Shown: positions 48,186 through 56,999 of the stretch, piece after piece | Layout of the letters: every line of letters begins with the position of its first letter | How positions within the stretch are numbered: the stretch's first letter is position 1 | Notes under the pieces: model-generated | What the model was told of the DNA's origin: nothing | The model's database searches: none | The model's input: only the letters and a program-made list of their open reading frames with translations | Position numbers and translations under genes: made by a program | Virus record (IMG/VR): IMGVR_UViG_3300037440_000749 | Location: 1-63,794 of that record | Reading direction: 5' to 3' (one strand) | Length of the DNA: 63,794 nucleotides | Origin: a virus | Taxonomy: Duplodnaviria; Caudoviricetes

Positions 48186-48509
48186 ATGGCTACACTACTC
48201 TGGGTGGCTCTCGTTGTGCTGCTCACCACCGGACTGGCTTGCGCGCAGAGTCGACAACTCGTCGTGCAAGTCACCTTGTCGGAAGAACTCTCTGAGGCAC
48301 TGCGGGTACAGTATGCGCACCTGACTGATGCGCAAATTATTCAACTCTACGCGCAGGGGTTGACGGAGAGTGCCAGTAAAGTCGTGGAAGAAAGTAACGC
48401 CAGCGCCAATCGCGTGTTGGGTCAACGCTTGCAACGGGCCACGACGCTCACGACCCAGCAAAAGGACGCCATTGAAGCGATCCTGGATACACAACCCAAT
48501 AGCCGTTAG
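48186..48509 (+). CDS. Small exported protein
   Basis: Signal peptide ending ACA-Q. Confidence 0.7.
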   Translation: MATLLWVALVVLLTTGLACAQSRQLVVQVTLSEELSEALRVQYAHLTDAQIIQLYAQGLTESASKVVEESNASANRVLGQRLQRATTLTTQQKDAIEAILDTQPNSR

Positions 48510-48518
48510 GAGTTTCCC

Positions 48519-48968
48519 ATGCTAAAGAAACTGGGCGTTGTCCTCATGATCATCGCACTGGTGGGCGGCGGCATCACAGCCTGTACGCCGCAGCAACCCA
48601 GCCCTGTCCAGATGATTGAACGCCATCAGCTGCTCCTGGCGCTGGTGCTGACCCTGGCGACAGATGAATTTTTGAGTCGACACCAGGCCCTTGCCCAACC
48701 GTTTGCCGAGATTAGCGCGGCGGCAATTGCCACCGTGAGCACTACCGTCCTGACCGTCGATGCGCTCACCGAGTTTCTCCGGCAGGAATTGCGGCAGCAT
48801 GATCTGCAGCACCGACTCAGCGCCGTGTTGGATCTGTTCCTGGAGATTCTGCGAACGGAAGTGAATGCGTTGTTGGTCAAACATCAGCTAGGGGCGCCTG
48901 AGGAGATTCGGGTGCTCTCGACGTTGGTCCTCACCGTCATTCATGACTCGGCGGTCCGGTTCTTGTAA
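48519..48968 (+). CDS. Lipoprotein (possible spanin or lysis accessory)
   Basis: Lipobox ITAC after a hydrophobic helix. Confidence 0.7.
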   Translation: MLKKLGVVLMIIALVGGGITACTPQQPSPVQMIERHQLLLALVLTLATDEFLSRHQALAQPFAEISAAAIATVSTTVLTVDALTEFLRQELRQHDLQHRLSAVLDLFLEILRTEVNALLVKHQLGAPEEIRVLSTLVLTVIHDSAVRFL

Positions 48969-48986
48969 AAGGCAAAGGAGTCTCTC

Positions 48987-49211
48987 ATGATAAGAAGCCC
49001 AGTCAAAACTGGATGGAAATCCACTGAATTCTGGTTTACGCTGCTGGCCAATGTGGCGAGTATCGTGACCATGCTCGCCGATGTGCTACCGCCGGAGATC
49101 GGCATCCCGCTCATGACCGGACTCAATGGCCTGTACGCCATTCTTCGGACCCTGATCAAGGCGCCGGAGATCACGACGCTGGTGGAGGTCGTGGAGAAAG
49201 ACACGCGCTAA
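48987..49211 (+). CDS. Putative holin
   Basis: GWKSTEFW motif, two transmembrane segments, charged tail. Confidence 0.7.
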   Translation: MIRSPVKTGWKSTEFWFTLLANVASIVTMLADVLPPEIGIPLMTGLNGLYAILRTLIKAPEITTLVEVVEKDTR

Positions 49212-49220
49212 GGAGGCGTC

Positions 49221-49574
49221 ATGGCCAATGAAAGCGGACGCGGGGGCTATCAATCCGGGGTCATTATCGGCGCATCGATTGTGCTCTCATTGCTGGCTAA
49301 TCTGTTGGTGCCTTACTTCCTGGATATCGGACAGGAGAACTGGAGGGAACAGATCAAAACGACGGAATTCAGGGCCAATGCCAAACGCGATATTCTCGAC
49401 ATTCAGCTGGCGGTGGCCCGGATTGAAAAAACGCTCACCGAGCAGAGCAACATGTATTGGCGTGTGATTTCCCTCGAACGGGTATTAGAGTGGCAACGCG
49501 CGCGGCTGGATCTGGCCTGGCAAGCGATTCTCCGCCGCCATCCCAGCGAGCAGATGCCTCGGCAGGGAGAGTAG
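49221..49574 (+). CDS. Single-TM coiled-coil protein
   Basis: N-terminal TM then heptads; AAGGAGG RBS. Confidence 0.65.
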   Translation: MANESGRGGYQSGVIIGASIVLSLLANLLVPYFLDIGQENWREQIKTTEFRANAKRDILDIQLAVARIEKTLTEQSNMYWRVISLERVLEWQRARLDLAWQAILRRHPSEQMPRQGE

Positions 49575-49580
49575 GGCGCA

Positions 49581-49772
49581 TCACTCCACCGCTGTCCCCC
49601 GGTCTCGCCAGCGCCAGAGGAGCCGCCGGTACGTCGGCCAGTAGCACGGGGACGGCAGCGCGGCTGTCTCGGCATGCTGCGCGAGCCGGGCATACACCTG
49701 GCCGTACATCCGATACCAGCGCAAGATGTCACTATCGTCCAGGTGGTCCCTCGCGGGCGCGCGCTCGTCCAT
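49581..49772 (-). CDS. Hypothetical protein
   Basis: Coupled to the upstream minus-strand gene. Confidence 0.5.
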   Translation of the reverse strand: MDERAPARDHLDDSDILRWYRMYGQVYARLAQHAETAALPSPCYWPTYRRLLWRWRDRGTAVE

Positions 49773-50125
49773 TAATGGCGCCACTCAATCAGCGCCTCAC
49801 GCCGGGACATCTCAAACAGCGCATTATGCCAGGTGGTGCCCTGAAGATTCACGGTCAATGGCCGGTGCAGGGGTGGCGGCCGCACTGGCGAGGCAACGTA
49901 ATAGTTCCCTGGCGCCAGGCGCAGTTCAGCGACCTTGGCCGCTATCGCCTGCTCAAAGACCATTTGCAGCCAGGCCGTATGATTGTCGGTGCAGAAGTCT
50001 GGCGTGGCAACCAGGGAAGTCGCAGGCTCTGGCAGGACCACCGGAGCAGCGGGCGTAGCCCACCAGTGCAGTGTCAGGCCGATGACCAGGCCGCTAACTA
50101 TCCCTCCTAATACCCATCGAGTCAT
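49772..50125 (-). CDS. Membrane-anchored protein with beta-helix-like N-terminal fragment
   Basis: TM N-terminus; D.TA.LQ...LRLAPGNYYV; AAGGGAGG RBS. Confidence 0.6.
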   Translation of the reverse strand: MTRWVLGGIVSGLVIGLTLHWWATPAAPVVLPEPATSLVATPDFCTDNHTAWLQMVFEQAIAAKVAELRLAPGNYYVASPVRPPPLHRPLTVNLQGTTWHNALFEMSRREALIEWRH

Positions 50126-50135
50126 CTGTCCTCCC

Positions 50136-50744
50136 TTACGCGCGTGCGTTCCTTAGAGGGCCCAGTCCGAGAATGAGCGCCAGCCCCAAGAGGACGCCAA
50201 CCGTAACGGAGGGCTCTGGCACCGGGGACGGGACGGCAAACCGCGTGTAGTTCCCAAGCGCGAGAATATCGCCGGTGCTCGTGTTCGTCAGACGCCAGAG
50301 GGTCCCCCACACATTAAAATCCGCAACCACCCCGGCTACACTGAGTTTCCCGCCAACGGGCGCATAGTGAAAACCAACGATCAAGCCGTCCTCGAAAAAC
50401 ACGAGCGGCCCGGGATTCCCCTCAAGAAACGCCCGGTCGTCCAAGTCCTGGTTGAGGACGTCCGGGCCAATAGTGAACGTCAGCAAGGTGCCGCACTCGA
50501 TGGAAAAGAAGCACTCGCTCCCGGCATAGGCCAGCTGCTCACTCCCCACGCCCGTCAGCAGCGTATCCTCGTACAGCGTCTCACCGAACAGCTCATCCCC
50601 CACGCCCAGGCCAAACACATTGCCGGGGGCGGCAAATTCTGTCAGGCCGGAAAATTCCACGGAGACCAGGGTAGCAGACCCGACATTGGACAAGACCAGC
50701 AGACTGAAAATGCTACTCAGTAGAGCAATACAGTGGCGATGCAT
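50136..50744 (-). CDS. PEP-CTERM protein
   Basis: Signal peptide; C-terminal VPEPS, hydrophobic helix and basic RNARA. Confidence 0.9.
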   Translation of the reverse strand: MHRHCIALLSSIFSLLVLSNVGSATLVSVEFSGLTEFAAPGNVFGLGVGDELFGETLYEDTLLTGVGSEQLAYAGSECFFSIECGTLLTFTIGPDVLNQDLDDRAFLEGNPGPLVFFEDGLIVGFHYAPVGGKLSVAGVVADFNVWGTLWRLTNTSTGDILALGNYTRFAVPSPVPEPSVTVGVLLGLALILGLGPLRNARA

Positions 50745-50806
50745 AACGGTCCCTCCCAGGGGATAGGGTGTTGTCTGTGTATATATGTGGACGTGTGCGC
50801 GAGGGG

Positions 50807-51031
50807 TCATGGGGCTGCTCCATTATGGCCGAGCAGCTGATCGATGCTACAATGAAGCGCGCGCGCGAGGGCGATCAATTTTGCTGGATCGATCACGCGC
50901 CACTTCCCCTGCTCGATCCGACTCAAATAATCCCGTTGCCACCCTGCCAGCTTCGCCAGGTCCTTACCGAGGTAGTGCCGCTCCATCCGTAAGTGTCTGA
51001 TTCGTAAGCCTATATCTTCCTGAATCGTCAT
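50807..51031 (-). CDS. XRE-family HTH regulator
   Basis: IGLRIRHLR...LA...YLSRIEQG...LARAL..SIDQLLG. Confidence 0.92.
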   Translation of the reverse strand: MTIQEDIGLRIRHLRMERHYLGKDLAKLAGWQRDYLSRIEQGKWRVIDPAKLIALARALHCSIDQLLGHNGAAP

Positions 51032-51054
51032 AGACTCCCTCCTTTCTCCTAAGA

Positions 51055-51128
51055 AATATACTCTTTACATATTTTTTTGTCAAATGTGCATTTTACCCAT
51101 TGACAATAAGATGTACTGGTAGTATATT
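51055..51128. promoter_or_regulatory. Back-to-back sigma70 promoters
   Basis: + strand TTGACA(51100-51105)-N17-TATATT; - strand TTGACA(51083-51078)-N17-TATATT. Confidence 0.85.
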
Positions 51129-51173
51129 ATAGAGTGTAAGGAGAAGATGAAAACACCGAACAGGAGCCAGGCC

Positions 51174-51578
51174 ATGAGTACCCCAGTCAACCGCACGAAG
51201 CGCAACCAGGGTATGCGCTGGATACGCAGTGAAAAAAGATTGGCGATCTATCTACGCGATGGCTTGGCCTGCTCGTATTGTGGCGCTAGTGTTGAAGATG
51301 GCGCCAAGTTGACTCTCGATCACCTGACGCCGCACAGCCATGGCGGCAGCAACCACGAAACGAACCTTGTTACCGCGTGCCTGAAATGCAATAGCAGCCG
51401 GGGCAATCGCTGCTACAAGGCGTTCGCCATCGCCGTGGCGATGTACCTCAATCACGGGATCACGGCTTCAGAAATCCTCACCCACATCGAGGCAACCCGT
51501 ACCCGCCCGCTCGATGTCGCAGCGGCAAAAGCACTCATCAGCAGACGCGGCGGCTTCACGGCGGCCCTGAAAAACTAA
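51174..51578 (+). CDS. HNH endonuclease
   Basis: RDGLACSYCG...LDHLTP...GG...NLVTACLKCN. Confidence 0.92.
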   Translation: MSTPVNRTKRNQGMRWIRSEKRLAIYLRDGLACSYCGASVEDGAKLTLDHLTPHSHGGSNHETNLVTACLKCNSSRGNRCYKAFAIAVAMYLNHGITASEILTHIEATRTRPLDVAAAKALISRRGGFTAALKN

Positions 51579-51588
51579 GGAGCATACG

Positions 51589-51804
51589 ATGGCATTAACA
51601 AGAGAAGAGATGTGGAAGCGACTCCAGCAGGCCGACGAACGCGAGTACCGCCGGGTACTCGCAGAGGTCGCTGCTGGGTATACCACCCTCCGCAGCGCCT
51701 ATGCGGAAGCCATGGCGCTGCTCAGGAACATGGATCGTGAGGAGAAACGGATACAGGGTAACGACCATCACGGGGCATGCCGCCCCAGCAGGAGAGAGAC
51801 ATGA
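51589..51804 (+). CDS. Hypothetical early protein
   Basis: AAGGAG RBS. Confidence 0.6.
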   Translation: MALTREEMWKRLQQADEREYRRVLAEVAAGYTTLRSAYAEAMALLRNMDREEKRIQGNDHHGACRPSRRET

Positions 51805-52055
51805 GTACAAAATACAGTAAGAGATCGTTGCAGACGTGTCGGGCGTTGGGCATGAGCCCAGCATTTATACAAAAGATGCGGGGCTGGGATGTGCGTCTAG
51901 GCCCCATCGCCGTGGTGATGGGCCATGATCGGCCCTCGTGCGCCTACCTCGATGCACAAGGGCAACCCTGGGTTGAGACATCAACCCGCATTTACTCGGT
52001 AAGTTGGAGAGGGCATCTCGATGATTGCAGCCCCTCCACGACGGAAGGCGAATAA
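51801..52055 (+). CDS. Hypothetical early protein
   Basis: Follows a hairpin-RBS repeat. Confidence 0.6.
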   Translation: MSTKYSKRSLQTCRALGMSPAFIQKMRGWDVRLGPIAVVMGHDRPSCAYLDAQGQPWVETSTRIYSVSWRGHLDDCSPSTTEGE

Positions 52056-52058
52056 CCC

Positions 52059-52364
52059 ATGTACATCCGACTCGCTGAAAACCACCCCGTTGGCGATATA
52101 TCCTACGCCAACTGGGACGAAGAGCAGCCCCTGGATGGTGTGTGTTGCTACCGTGCTGCCGACCTCGAAGAGTGGGCCGGGTGGCGTTGGCCCGCTCTCA
52201 AACGCATGGGCTACACCCTGGACCAGATCGTTGAGGGTGAGCTGCGAGTATGGGACGTCGTAGGCGAGGCCTACTACGATGAAAGCGAGGATGACAGCTA
52301 CATTGTCGACGCGGTATCTGCGACGGATGTCACGGCAGACATTGTAGCGTTCCTCATTGCCTGA
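52059..52364 (+). CDS. Acidic hypothetical early protein
   Basis: Strongly Asp/Glu-rich clean ORF. Confidence 0.7.
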   Translation: MYIRLAENHPVGDISYANWDEEQPLDGVCCYRAADLEEWAGWRWPALKRMGYTLDQIVEGELRVWDVVGEAYYDESEDDSYIVDAVSATDVTADIVAFLIA

Positions 52365-52468
52365 GCGTGCGAGCGGCCACCGGGCCGCTACCCGAGACAA
52401 CGGGCGCCTCTCTGAGGCTGGCGTAGGGCGACAACACCCGGGGCATGCCGCCCCAGAAGGAGAAGACC

Positions 52469-52645
52469 ATGCAAATCCATAAATGCGAAAAGTGCAAGGT
52501 CGAGGGCTACTACGTCGCCACCACGGCGGGGGAAATTCTTGAGGCCGGTGAGGTGGTCGCCGTCGCTCCGGCAGACCGCCCCTGGCTCATGGTGGACGCC
52601 GACGGTGACTTGCTCTGTGACTCGTGTGCCGCAGAGACGGACTAA
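52469..52645 (+). CDS. Small zinc-ribbon protein
   Basis: CEKC...CDSC; follows a hairpin-RBS repeat. Confidence 0.7.
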   Translation: MQIHKCEKCKVEGYYVATTAGEILEAGEVVAVAPADRPWLMVDADGDLLCDSCAAETD

Positions 52646-52680
52646 CACCACGGGGCATGTAGCCCCAGAAGGAGACCGAG

Positions 52681-53178
52681 ATGGAAAAGACAGAGCTTAT
52701 TGCTTTGAGCGCAGACCCCAAAGCGCAGAGTCCCACCACGATCCGCCAGGTCATGCGGGCCTGGCAGGACGGGTACCTGATGACCACGGACGCCGACCTG
52801 GATGGCAGCGCCCAGTTTTTCATGGATTGCCTCACCGTTCGCCACCTCCTCGCAGACGGTGAAATCGCCCGCGCCGATCTGGTAGCCAGCCAGACTGGCG
52901 CCACGTTGGCCCAATTTGGCTATACTTCCCGGGCCGAATTGGTCATCACGAAGGCTGATGGCGTGCTGGACCTCCCAGCCATGCAGCAGGCATATACCGG
53001 CACGCCAGACCGGCTCCGGTTGCTACGCGAGCTGCGGGACCATGTAGCCCACAGTTGCCCCGAGATGAAAAGAGACGGGCAAAAGGAGCAGGTCCGGCTA
53101 GCGGCGAATGCCACAATGCGGTTACATGCTGGATCGGTCACTCTGGCAGAAGTCGCGGGCTATTACCCCCGCGACTAG
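52681..53178 (+). CDS. Hypothetical early protein
   Basis: Follows a hairpin-RBS repeat. Confidence 0.7.
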   Translation: MEKTELIALSADPKAQSPTTIRQVMRAWQDGYLMTTDADLDGSAQFFMDCLTVRHLLADGEIARADLVASQTGATLAQFGYTSRAELVITKADGVLDLPAMQQAYTGTPDRLRLLRELRDHVAHSCPEMKRDGQKEQVRLAANATMRLHAGSVTLAEVAGYYPRD

Positions 53179-53226
53179 ATGCCCCTACCACGCTGCGAGA
53201 CGGCTCGCAGCACTAAGGAGTACGAC

Positions 53227-53451
53227 ATGAGCTACTTTCGCGGCCACGGCGTAGGCCCTGCCCCCAGGCGCCGGTACAACCTCGGGTTAGTACCCCTGGC
53301 GCCTGAGCAGAAGCTCGACATCCAGGCCATCGGCATTGCCAACCTCGTCCGCAAAGGGCGGGCGGATGGTATTGCCCAGTGGTGCGAAATCGCCTACTGG
53401 ACGCAGGACCAGAAACTTACCGAGCGGGTCGAGCGTCTGCTGAATACGTGA
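53227..53451 (+). CDS. Hypothetical early protein
   Basis: AAGGAG RBS. Confidence 0.65.
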   Translation: MSYFRGHGVGPAPRRRYNLGLVPLAPEQKLDIQAIGIANLVRKGRADGIAQWCEIAYWTQDQKLTERVERLLNT

Positions 53452-53452
53452 G

Positions 53453-53468
53453 TGTTTCACGTGAAACT
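53453..53468. promoter_or_regulatory. parS-like site
   Basis: TGTTTCACGTGAAACT, 15/16 match to TGTTTCACGTGAAACA, intergenic. Confidence 0.8.
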
Positions 53469-53486
53469 ACAAGACAAGGAGGCGCC

Positions 53487-53738
53487 ATGGTTCGACTGAA
53501 GCTCACAGGCCCAACGGAAGGGCATATTGTCGGGGTGAGTCAGGGGAATTTTACCGTCCTCACTCGCACGGCAACGCACATTGCCGTCAAGCGAAAGGGC
53601 TATTCTTACAATCCTGGGAGCCGCACCAGCGGCCTACGCTTCTGGTTCCCTCCAGAGAGGGTAGTGTACCAAATCATCTCGGAGACAGAAGACACGCTGC
53701 GTTGTGAGAGATTGATTGGTTGGGAAGATCACAGATAA
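53487..53738 (+). CDS. Hypothetical early protein
   Basis: AAGGAGG RBS. Confidence 0.7.
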   Translation: MVRLKLTGPTEGHIVGVSQGNFTVLTRTATHIAVKRKGYSYNPGSRTSGLRFWFPPERVVYQIISETEDTLRCERLIGWEDHR

Positions 53739-53751
53739 GAGGAGAAACCGT

Positions 53752-54060
53752 ATGCAAATCCAACTCACAGCCAGGGAATTTATTAACCCCTGGGGTGTAG
53801 CCATGCCCTCAAATTACGTGGTGAGTCTCAGTGCCCCAATCGCGGATCTTGAGACATTCCTGGACATCATCACGGTGATCAGCAGAGACGATGGCTGGAG
53901 CGACTGCCACTATGCCGCCCAGCGGGAAACGGAGGGAGATTACCGCGAGGACGGAAACGAAATCGTGCGGTATCTCGTGCACCGCACTGAGTATGAAAAA
54001 TTTAAGCAGGCGGTGCGCGAGGCCAAGGCCAGCGTCATCGCCAAGGGAGAAGCCCCATGA
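53752..54060 (+). CDS. Hypothetical early protein
   Basis: GAGGAG RBS. Confidence 0.7.
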   Translation: MQIQLTAREFINPWGVAMPSNYVVSLSAPIADLETFLDIITVISRDDGWSDCHYAAQRETEGDYREDGNEIVRYLVHRTEYEKFKQAVREAKASVIAKGEAP

Positions 54061-54308
54061 CGGAACACCAACTCCCAACCCTGACGACCTGCCAGAACGC
54101 CTTTCTGAGGATGGGCAAGACGGGCGTGTATCGGCTTTTCCTCTACGCCGACGGCGCCATTAGCGTCGCCCGTGATGGTGCCGCCAAAGGCAATGGGACC
54201 GAAGTCGCTAGCATCCGCTGTGTGGCGAGTGACTTTGAAGAACTGAAGAAACGACAGGCGGCACGAGAGATTCGCCGCCGGTTTGCGGTGGCACTGGAAG
54301 GCGAGTAG
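54057..54308 (+). CDS. Hypothetical early protein
   Basis: ATGA overlap. Confidence 0.65.
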   Translation: MTEHQLPTLTTCQNAFLRMGKTGVYRLFLYADGAISVARDGAAKGNGTEVASIRCVASDFEELKKRQAAREIRRRFAVALEGE

Positions 54309-54492
54309 ACGCAACTCCCCCTACCCCCTAATAGAGTATTATAGAGGAGATATGTATAAGATATATACTCAAGTAAAGTCAATTAGTAGTCAATGCGCTT
54401 ATTCCTGGCCTGACGTGGCTGCAAACTCCGTCAGACCAGGCAGCATCACACAGACAACCATCCCCTGCTCCTACCACAAAGGAACAAGTAGC

Positions 54493-54987
54493 ATGAAGAG
54501 TACCACAACTGACTTGACCGCGCAAGACCTGTTCATGCTGGCCGTCGCACAAGCCGCCAGCAAGGCCCTGACCACGTACCCAGGCGACACAGACGTGATC
54601 ACCAAAGCCGTCGCCCTGGTCACCTCCGGTGCTGTCCGCCTGCATGGTGCCGGCATGCTGCACGAGGTGCGCAGTGGTAGCGGCAGCGGGAAGGTCTACG
54701 CCGTCAACGGCACCTGCACCTGTCCGGACACGATGTACCGGCACACGATCCGTTGCCCACATCGGTACGCCGTGTCGATCCTCAAACACGCCCTGGCCAC
54801 GCTGCAAAGCCAGGCCGAGGCCGACAACCAGGCCCGTGACGCCTGGTCCGCGACGACAGGGCAACCGCCCTTACCGTACCAACCGTGTCAGGCGCATGGG
54901 CGGATTCTGGCGAAGCGCAACAGCCCCACCGGCCCGGTGTGGGGCCATGTGGACCGCGCCAGGCGCTTCACGCCGTGCCTGGCGTAA
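54493..54987 (+). CDS. SWIM zinc-finger protein
   Basis: Y.V...CTCPD...CPH. Confidence 0.8.
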   Translation: MKSTTTDLTAQDLFMLAVAQAASKALTTYPGDTDVITKAVALVTSGAVRLHGAGMLHEVRSGSGSGKVYAVNGTCTCPDTMYRHTIRCPHRYAVSILKHALATLQSQAEADNQARDAWSATTGQPPLPYQPCQAHGRILAKRNSPTGPVWGHVDRARRFTPCLA

Positions 54988-55005
54988 CAACACGGGGAGG
55001 TGGAG

Positions 55006-55380
55006 ATGAGTACCGGACGCGGCAACACCTGTCCCCATTTTTGTCGCAATTGCTATAAACGCATCCATACAACTTTTTATGCGTGCCACAATAGTGGTAT
55101 TGCGTCTTCTTTGCATGCAGAGTGCGAAGAGCCCTACAAAAAAACCATGGCGACCTTTGCCATGAGTGCGGCGAAGCAACACCTGTGGGACATGGAGAAT
55201 CCCAAGCCCACAGTCAGGTTTGCGGACCTGACACCCTACGGAAAAACACAAACACGGATCCCCGCGCAGCTGACGGAGTGGGATAAGCACCCAGATCCGT
55301 ATCGGTGCTTCAAAGATGCGGCATTCGCCGCGAGGGTCCTCAACTGGTATGTCAAGTTCGCAGAAGAAAGGCCAAAGTGA
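55006..55380 (+). CDS. Hypothetical early protein
   Basis: Follows a partial repeat; Cys cluster at the N-terminus. Confidence 0.65.
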   Translation: MSTGRGNTCPHFCRNCYKRIHTTFYACHNSGIASSLHAECEEPYKKTMATFAMSAAKQHLWDMENPKPTVRFADLTPYGKTQTRIPAQLTEWDKHPDPYRCFKDAAFAARVLNWYVKFAEERPK

Positions 55381-55465
55381 CCGCTGTTCTCGGAGGGCGT
55401 CACGCCCTGCCTGGCGTAACCAGAACACAACGGGGAGGCGAGCCCTCCCCAGAAGGAGACAGACC

Positions 55466-55924
55466 ATGAAATATCGCTACAGCGAGGGAGATTTTGAGAA
55501 AGATCTCGACGCCCAGACCCTGGAAGATGCCCGGATCGAGGCCGCAGCCCTCCTCCATGAGGGCGACTGGGAGCCGGGGCTCGTCGAGGCAGACCTTCTC
55601 ACCCTGGACCAGGACGAGGCCGGGGAAGAGATGGTGGTCTCGTCAGAAACCATGACCCTTTCGATCCCAGAGCCAGAGCCCGAGTGCCCTGAGGGCGATC
55701 ACGATTGGCAATCGCCACATGCCCTGGTGGGTGGCATTCAGGAAAATCCCGGGGTGTGGGGCTCTGGGGCAGGAGTCACCATGCTTGAGGTGTGTGCCTC
55801 GTGTGGCACCTACCGCGAGACCGACACCGCCGCGCAGTGCCCGGCCACTGGCCGGACTTACCGCAAGGTCAGTTACAGAGAACCCGATGCCAGGTCTCGC
55901 GCCTGGGTAGAGCGCGAGAGCTAA
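55466..55924 (+). CDS. Acidic zinc-binding early protein
   Basis: C...HDW...GG..ENPGVW..G.G...C..CG; follows a hairpin-RBS repeat. Confidence 0.75.
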   Translation: MKYRYSEGDFEKDLDAQTLEDARIEAAALLHEGDWEPGLVEADLLTLDQDEAGEEMVVSSETMTLSIPEPEPECPEGDHDWQSPHALVGGIQENPGVWGSGAGVTMLEVCASCGTYRETDTAAQCPATGRTYRKVSYREPDARSRAWVERES

Positions 55925-56013
55925 CGCACAACGGGGAGGGGAGTCCTCCCCAAAGAGTGGATAGTGAATAGTAAAAACCCAGTGGATAGCAGCACTGGAA
56001 AGGAGAGAACACC

Positions 56014-56328
56014 ATGGATCTGGCCGCGCAGCGTGGCATTGTGCGAGGGTGGATCGAGGGAAACTACGAGATCCAGAGGGCGTTACGCCCTACGACGAGA
56101 CACAAGAGGGCCCAGGGCTTCATCGTCTTCGCGTGCAAGCATACCTTGAGTTGGCGCCCGGCCGGGAATACCCTCCCCAAGGGCGCCACGCCGCTGTATG
56201 CGGAGGACCAACATGGCACCGGGATCTATTTAGGCGGGGTAAGCGCGGGCTACCCCTACGACGGAAGGGTCATGCACCTGGGCCAGCTCATTGCTCAGGC
56301 CCGGAAAGAAATGGCGAAGCATGCCTAA
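56014..56328 (+). CDS. Hypothetical early protein
   Basis: AAGGAG RBS. Confidence 0.65.
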   Translation: MDLAAQRGIVRGWIEGNYEIQRALRPTTRHKRAQGFIVFACKHTLSWRPAGNTLPKGATPLYAEDQHGTGIYLGGVSAGYPYDGRVMHLGQLIAQARKEMAKHA

Positions 56329-56361
56329 CATCAGGGGCATGAGCCCCAGAAGGAGACACCC

Positions 56362-56979
56362 ATGCCCCAACCCATGACCGGCGATGAGGCCGAGCACTTC
56401 GCGAGCCTGCTCGGCCCCGCCTGGGAGTACTCCCCAGGCGACGAGGAACACGTGAACGTCTTCGCGTACTGTGGCCCCGATTCCACCCTGGCTGGCGCCG
56501 GGGTGACATGTGCACCAGGCCAGGCAGAAACAAGGACCTGGTACGCCACTCGGCAGATGCCCGACGGCACGTACTTGCACGAGTTTCTCACGAGCGAGAA
56601 GCTCCGCACGGCGCTCTGTCGGAAGATTCTCGTCAGCATGAGTAAGTCGCGTGAGGTGTTGGCCGCCGAGGTGCAGCGCCGATTGATCGCCCCGTACCTC
56701 CCGGCCTATGCAGCAGCGGTCAAGAACTATGTCGCAGCACAGCCGCAGATCGCCGCTGATAATGCGCTGGCCACAGAACTGGCCGCACTGTGTGGCACCA
56801 CGCCGCGCACGTTGCGCGGCCCAGAGCATGATGAAGCTATCGTCTGGTCAGGCAAGCCGACAGCCGCACATCCGCTGCGGCTGTGCATCCAGGCCGGGAA
56901 GGTGCGACTGGAAGGCTGCATCTTGACGCCGGAGCAGGCACGGCACGTGCTGGCGTTGATACAGAGTTGGCAACCATAA
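56362..56979 (+). CDS. Hypothetical early protein
   Basis: Follows a hairpin-RBS repeat. Confidence 0.7.
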   Translation: MPQPMTGDEAEHFASLLGPAWEYSPGDEEHVNVFAYCGPDSTLAGAGVTCAPGQAETRTWYATRQMPDGTYLHEFLTSEKLRTALCRKILVSMSKSREVLAAEVQRRLIAPYLPAYAAAVKNYVAAQPQIAADNALATELAALCGTTPRTLRGPEHDEAIVWSGKPTAAHPLRLCIQAGKVRLEGCILTPEQARHVLALIQSWQP

Positions 56980-56999
56980 ATCACAAGAAAGGAGCCCCT

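Larger units (their letters stand above)
51766..56361 (+). repeat. Dispersed hairpin-RBS intergenic repeat (7 copies)
   Basis: AC-rich leader + GGGG(C/AGG)-loop-(G/CCT)CCCC + AGAAGGAGA at ~51772, 52440, 52652, 54994 (partial), 55432, 55933 (RBS further downstream) and 56334. Confidence 0.85.

Noticed and set aside
44103-49574. Diversity-generating retroelement, as in BPP-1-like phages
   Set aside because: No reverse transcriptase motif and no adenine-variable repeat pair seen.
52362-52415. Third selenocysteine site (TGA followed by GCGGCC-ACCG-GGCCGC)
   Set aside because: The frame closes 16 codons later, the loop does not start with G, and there is no Cys-like context; more likely an ordinary 3' hairpin.
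51766-56361. CRISPR array or integron attC array
   Set aside because: Repeats are degenerate and separated by whole genes; no cas or integrase gene and no attC core ends recognised.
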